64,000 nucleotides of DNA from an uncultured Thermoleophilia bacterium (GTDB taxonomy: Bacteria; Actinomycetota; Thermoleophilia; UBA2241): NCBI GenBank assembly GCA_963696935.1, contig CAVOMB010000049.1, positions 9,867-73,866 of the forward strand, read 5' to 3'. Each line of letters begins with the position of its first letter. Positions within the stretch are counted from its first letter, which is position 1. Position numbers and translations under genes: made by a program. This document shows positions 60,303 through 64,000 of this stretch, one piece after another. The notes beneath the pieces are model-generated. The model saw only the letters and a list, made by a program, of their open reading frames with translations. It did no database searches and was not told where the DNA came from.

Positions 60303-60938
60303 TCAGGTCAGCCGCGCCGCCGCCTCCGACTGTGCGGCCTCGACCGCGCCGCGGACGCAGCAGCCCTCGGCGTGGTCGTTGACGACGCCGGCCGCCTGCA
60401 TGAGCGAGTAGGCGGTCGTCGGCCCGACGAAGCGGAAGCTGCGCTTCTTCAGCTCTTTGGCCATCGCCTGCGACTCCGGGCTCAGGGAGACCCAGTCCGC
60501 GCGCGCGGCCGGGGCCGCATGGGCCTCCGGGCGGAAGCGCCAGAGAAACGCCGCCAAGGAGCCGTGCTCTTCGATCACGGGCAGGGCGGCGCGGGCGTTG
60601 GCCAGCGCCGCCTCCACCTTGAGCCGGTTGCGCACGATGCCGGCGTCGGCCATGAGGCGTTCGCGGTCGGCCTCGCCGAACGCCGCGACCGCGGCGATGT
60701 CGAAGCCCGCGAACGCCGCCCGGAACGCCGGGCGCTTGCGCAGGATCGTCAGCCAGGACAGGCCCGACTGGAACGCCTCCAGCGTGAGCCGCTCGAACAG
60801 GCCGGCGTCCGTCAGCACCGGCCGGCCCCACTCATCGTCGTGATAGCCGACGTATTCGGGCGCGCCGCCGACGGCCCAGAAGCAGCGCGGCCGGCCGTCG
60901 GGGCCGGCCGCGAGGGCGTCACTCTGCGGGGGGCTCAG
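60303..60938 (-). CDS. tag: DNA-3-methyladenine glycosylase I (start uncertain)
   Basis: RCFW..YHDDEWG upstream of the called ORF, LEAFQSGLSW, IVRNRLK, FVGPTT, NDH. Confidence 0.92.
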   Translation of the reverse strand: MSPPQSDALAAGPDGRPRCFWAVGGAPEYVGYHDDEWGRPVLTDAGLFERLTLEAFQSGLSWLTILRKRPAFRAAFAGFDIAAVAAFGEADRERLMADAGIVRNRLKVEAALANARAALPVIEEHGSLAAFLWRFRPEAHAAPAARADWVSLSPESQAMAKELKKRSFRFVGPTTAYSLMQAAGVVNDHAEGCCVRGAVEAAQSEAAARLT

Positions 60939-61312
60939 TGCCCTTGCCCCTCGCCCTGGCGAGCAGTTCGTCGGCCTGCTTCTTGGCCTTCTCGAGGCAG
61001 CTCCGCGGCCTGCGCCATGGCCTTCTCGAGGTACTCGGGCCCTTGCGTCTTGGCCTTCTCGATCAACTCCGCGCCCTGCTTCTTCGCCTTCTCGATGATG
61101 TCGGCCGCGTCGGCCTTGGCCTTGTCGCCGGCCGGCTTGGCCTTGTCACCCAGCTCACCGGCTTTGACCCTGGCCTTGTCCGTCCACTCGCCGGCGGTCG
61201 CCTTGGCCTTGTCCAGCGTGGGGCCGGACTTCTCCTTGGCGTCGGCGGCGACCTGCTTGGCCCTCGTCGCGGTGTCGTCGGCCATCTTCTTGGCGTCGTC
61301 CATGAAACCCAT
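60919..61312 (-). CDS. Ala/Lys-rich amphipathic repeat (LEA/apolipoprotein-like) protein, probable extra base at ~60997
   Basis: 11-residue DKAK/EKAK periodicity continues (LLEKAKKQADELL) after removing one base. Confidence 0.6.
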
Positions 61313-61429
61313 TTGCCGCTCCCTTCTTGTGGGTGACGGTGCTTCTCGTACTTACTGTACCCCAGAGGTCACGTGGTACTGCGTCCCTGCGTGGTCGCTT
61401 GCATGCCCGTCCCCGGTGCGGACGCGCTC

Positions 61430-61458
61430 TTGACGGATATAGATCAGAACGAGATACT
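61430..61458 (+). promoter_or_regulatory. Candidate sigma70-type promoter for the padR operon
   Basis: TTGACG-N17-GATACT in an AT-richer patch. Confidence 0.45.
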
Positions 61459-61491
61459 ACGTTTCGTCATAGCAACGAAGGCGGAGGGCCG

Positions 61492-62100
61492 ATGCCTCGA
61501 GAGAACAAGACGAAGTACGCGGTGCTGGGCCTCCTGACCTACGCGCCCCTCTCCGGCTACGACATCCGGCGCATCTACGCCCAGAGCCTCGGCAACTTCT
61601 GGAGCGAGAGCTACGGCGCCATCTACCCCATCCTCAAGCGACTGGAAGATGAAGGCCTGGCGACCCGTGAGGTCCAGCGCCAGGCCGGTAAGCCGGACCG
61701 CAACGTGTACACCATCACCGACCTGGGCCGCGAGGAGATGCGCCGCTGGCTGGCCCAGCCCCCGGACCCCGCGAAGGAGCGGGTCGAGCTGCTTCTCAAG
61801 CTGTTCCATGGGTGGGAGGTCGGCCCCGCGGTGATGATCGAGCACGTCAAGCAGACCCGCGCGGAGAACGTCGCGCTGCTCGAGCGGTATGCGCAGTACG
61901 ACGCGATGATGACGCGCGACAACGACCCGCCTTCGCCCTACTGGCTCATGACCGTGAGCCTCGGGCAACACAAGAGCAGGGCGCTCATCGAGTGGTGCGA
62001 CGAGACGATAGGCAAGCTCGAGCAACTCCCCGCCGAGCCGCGCGCCGGTGGTGAGGGCTGGACCCCAAGCGACGAAGAGGACTTGGAGGCGAACGGATGA
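61492..62100 (+). CDS. PadR/AphA family transcriptional regulator
   Basis: AVLGLL..SGYDI..FWSESYGAIYPILKRL..YTITDLGR; GGAGG RBS. Confidence 0.93.
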   Translation: MPRENKTKYAVLGLLTYAPLSGYDIRRIYAQSLGNFWSESYGAIYPILKRLEDEGLATREVQRQAGKPDRNVYTITDLGREEMRRWLAQPPDPAKERVELLLKLFHGWEVGPAVMIEHVKQTRAENVALLERYAQYDAMMTRDNDPPSPYWLMTVSLGQHKSRALIEWCDETIGKLEQLPAEPRAGGEGWTPSDEEDLEANG

Positions 62101-62735
62101 GCACGAACCCCACCGGCGTGGCCCTGCTCCTCGACGGCCGCCTCGACGACGAGCCGACATTGGTGCTGGCGCACGACGCGCTGGTCGACGGCCTGGCTGC
62201 AGGCGGCTGGGCCGTCGACGACTGGACCCTGCGCGACGACAAGATCGCCTGGTGCGCAGGCTGCTTCAAGTGCTGGACGCAGACGCCCGGCGTGTGCGCG
62301 CATCACGACGGCGGGCGCAAGGTCGCCGAGCACTGGGTGCCCAGCGACCTCGTCGTCCTTCTCACGCCCGTGACGTTTGGCGGCTACTCCTCAGAGCTCA
62401 AGAAGGCGCTCGACCACGTGATCCCGATCCTGCTGCCGTTCATGCGCGCGAGATCGGGGGAGACGCGGCACCCGCAGCGCTACGAGCGCAGGCGCGACCT
62501 GCTGGTCATCGGCACCGTGCCGGGCGGCCGGACGCAGGGCCCCGAGGCTGCTACCTTCAGACGGCTGGTAGAGCGCAACACGCTCAACATGCAGCCGCGC
62601 CGCTGGGCCTGCGGCGTGCTCGAGCAGGGCGCCGGCGACGGGGAGATCCGCGTGGCTCTCAATGCGCTGCTCGCCGAGGTGGGAGCGGCGCCGGCCGAAG
62701 CGGTCGCCGCGGTCCGAGACCAGGCGACGGCATGA
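62097..62735 (+). CDS. Flavodoxin-fold protein, iron-sulfur flavoprotein-like
   Basis: CAGCFKCW..PGVC..DG, TPVTFGGYSSELKKALD. Confidence 0.8.
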   Translation: MSTNPTGVALLLDGRLDDEPTLVLAHDALVDGLAAGGWAVDDWTLRDDKIAWCAGCFKCWTQTPGVCAHHDGGRKVAEHWVPSDLVVLLTPVTFGGYSSELKKALDHVIPILLPFMRARSGETRHPQRYERRRDLLVIGTVPGGRTQGPEAATFRRLVERNTLNMQPRRWACGVLEQGAGDGEIRVALNALLAEVGAAPAEAVAAVRDQATA

Positions 62736-63424
62736 AGCCTCGGCACAAGGCCCTGCTGCTGGTCGGCAGTCCCAAGCCCGGCGAGAGCACATCCGAGTCG
62801 CTTGGGGCTTACTTGTTCGAGACGCTGGAGAAGGACGGGATCAGGACGCAGACGCTGCAGGTGACCAAGGCCGTGCGCTCGGACGAGTCGAGGGATGGAC
62901 TGATCACGACCGTCGCCTCCTCCGATCTCGTCGTGCTCTCGTTCCCGCTCTACGTGGACAGCCTGCCGGGGCCGGCCACCCGTGCCCTCGAGCTCATCGC
63001 CGCCGCGCGCGCAGGCATGGCGGACTCCAGCGCGGCCGACTCTGCCCCGCCGGCGTTCCTCGCCATCTGCCAGTCCGGCTTCGCCGAGGCTGAGCACAGC
63101 GTCGTGGCGATCGAGATCTGCCGCAACTTCGCGCGCTCGGCCGGGTTCGAGTGGGCAGGCGGCCTCGTCATGCCCGAGGGCGGCATGATCTCCGGCGCCC
63201 CCATGCGCAAGGTCGCCGGCCGCGTGCCGCGCGTCGTCAAGGCACTGGACCTCACCGCCGCCGCGCTGGTCGCCGGTCGCCCGGCGCCGGACGAAGCGGT
63301 GGAGCTCATGGCCAAGCCGGCGTTCCCGCCCGCCGCCTACCGCTTCATTGCCAACTGGAGCTGGCGCTCCATGTTCAAGAAGCAGGGCCGGGGAGGCTCA
63401 CTGGCGGACCAGCCGTACGCCTGA
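62732..63424 (+). CDS. Flavodoxin-fold (NAD(P)H:FMN reductase-like) protein
   Basis: LLVGSPK..STS, FPLYVDSLP; ATGA overlap. Confidence 0.8.
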   Translation: MKPRHKALLLVGSPKPGESTSESLGAYLFETLEKDGIRTQTLQVTKAVRSDESRDGLITTVASSDLVVLSFPLYVDSLPGPATRALELIAAARAGMADSSAADSAPPAFLAICQSGFAEAEHSVVAIEICRNFARSAGFEWAGGLVMPEGGMISGAPMRKVAGRVPRVVKALDLTAAALVAGRPAPDEAVELMAKPAFPPAAYRFIANWSWRSMFKKQGRGGSLADQPYA

Positions 63425-64000
63425 GGTCCGCCCGGCCGGCCGGCTTCTCCTCCGGGAGGCCGGCCCGACGCTGCGCTGAGGCCCTGAGCCGGCCGGGCAT
63501 CGCGCCGCCGCCGCTGCCGAAGCGGTCGAGGATCGCCTCGAGCAGCGGCAGGAAGCGGTGCACCTGGCCGCTGCGGATGACGCGGGCCCACATGGGCTCG
63601 AGCTTCTTCCAGCCCGTCGTGTAGGCGAGGTGGCGCACGTGCTCGCGCGCGTCGCCGTGTACGAAGGACGCGCGCGCGATGTTGCGCCAGCTGTAGAACT
63701 CACGGTACGCGGCTTGGTAGCCGGACTCGAGTTCCGCAGCCGTCATGCCCACCGGCTCGAACACGACGTGTCGTGTGTCGTAGAGGTCCCAGTCGCGGGT
63801 GGTCACCCGGCCCTCGAACGCCAGGCGCGCCTCCAGCCGCGTGCCCGGGTAGGGCGTCACGATGTGGAAGGTGGACGTCTCGATGCCCCGGCTCACCGCC
63901 CACTCCACCGTGCGGCCGAAGACCGACGGGTCGTCGTGGTCCATGCCGAAGACGAACGCCGCGTTGACCATCACGCCGAGGTCGTGCAGGCGGCGGACGG
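63375..64000 (-). CDS. Radical SAM protein (B12-binding/BchE-like class), C-terminal part; runs off the window
   Basis: GVMVNAAFVFGMDHD, TPYPGT, WDLYDTRHVVF. Confidence 0.75.
   Translation of the reverse strand, partial: VRRLHDLGVMVNAAFVFGMDHDDPSVFGRTVEWAVSRGIETSTFHIVTPYPGTRLEARLAFEGRVTTRDWDLYDTRHVVFEPVGMTAAELESGYQAAYREFYSWRNIARASFVHGDAREHVRHLAYTTGWKKLEPMWARVIRSGQVHRFLPLLEAILDRFGSGGGAMPGRLRASAQRRAGLPEEKPAGRADLRRTAGPPVSLPGPAS

Overview
High-GC, actinobacterial-type chromosomal window; the Thermoleophilia-like assignment is an inference from gene content. About 25 kb (17.4-42.9 kb) is one respiratory supercluster: a 13-gene complex I operon with fused nuoCD (minus strand), transcribed divergently from qcrC-qcrA-qcrB, plus heme O synthase, a caa3-like oxidase (subunit II with a cytochrome c domain, fused subunits I+III) and copper-handling genes. 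Its NuoF naturally carries Ala at the position of E. coli Glu183, the residue that discriminates NADH from NADPH. The left arm holds jag, nfo, a CocE hydrolase, a 12-bp repeat array in front of an orphan Phd-like gene, an AsnB amidotransferase fused to a CofE/F420-ligase-like domain, an ABC-2 exporter and HtrA. At 43.7-52.2 kb there is a decayed island at the 3' end of tRNA-Glu, with 72-bp direct repeats, an intact IS21 element, many gene fragments and a lower-GC signal peptidase/secreted protein module. The right arm holds an MFS transporter, an M13 peptidase, tRNA-Lys, a double GNAT, purH, tag, a PadR-flavodoxin operon and a partial radical SAM gene. About eight genes are broken by small (mostly 1-base) insertions that look like sequencing errors. 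All family calls come from motif recognition by eye; no database searches were run.
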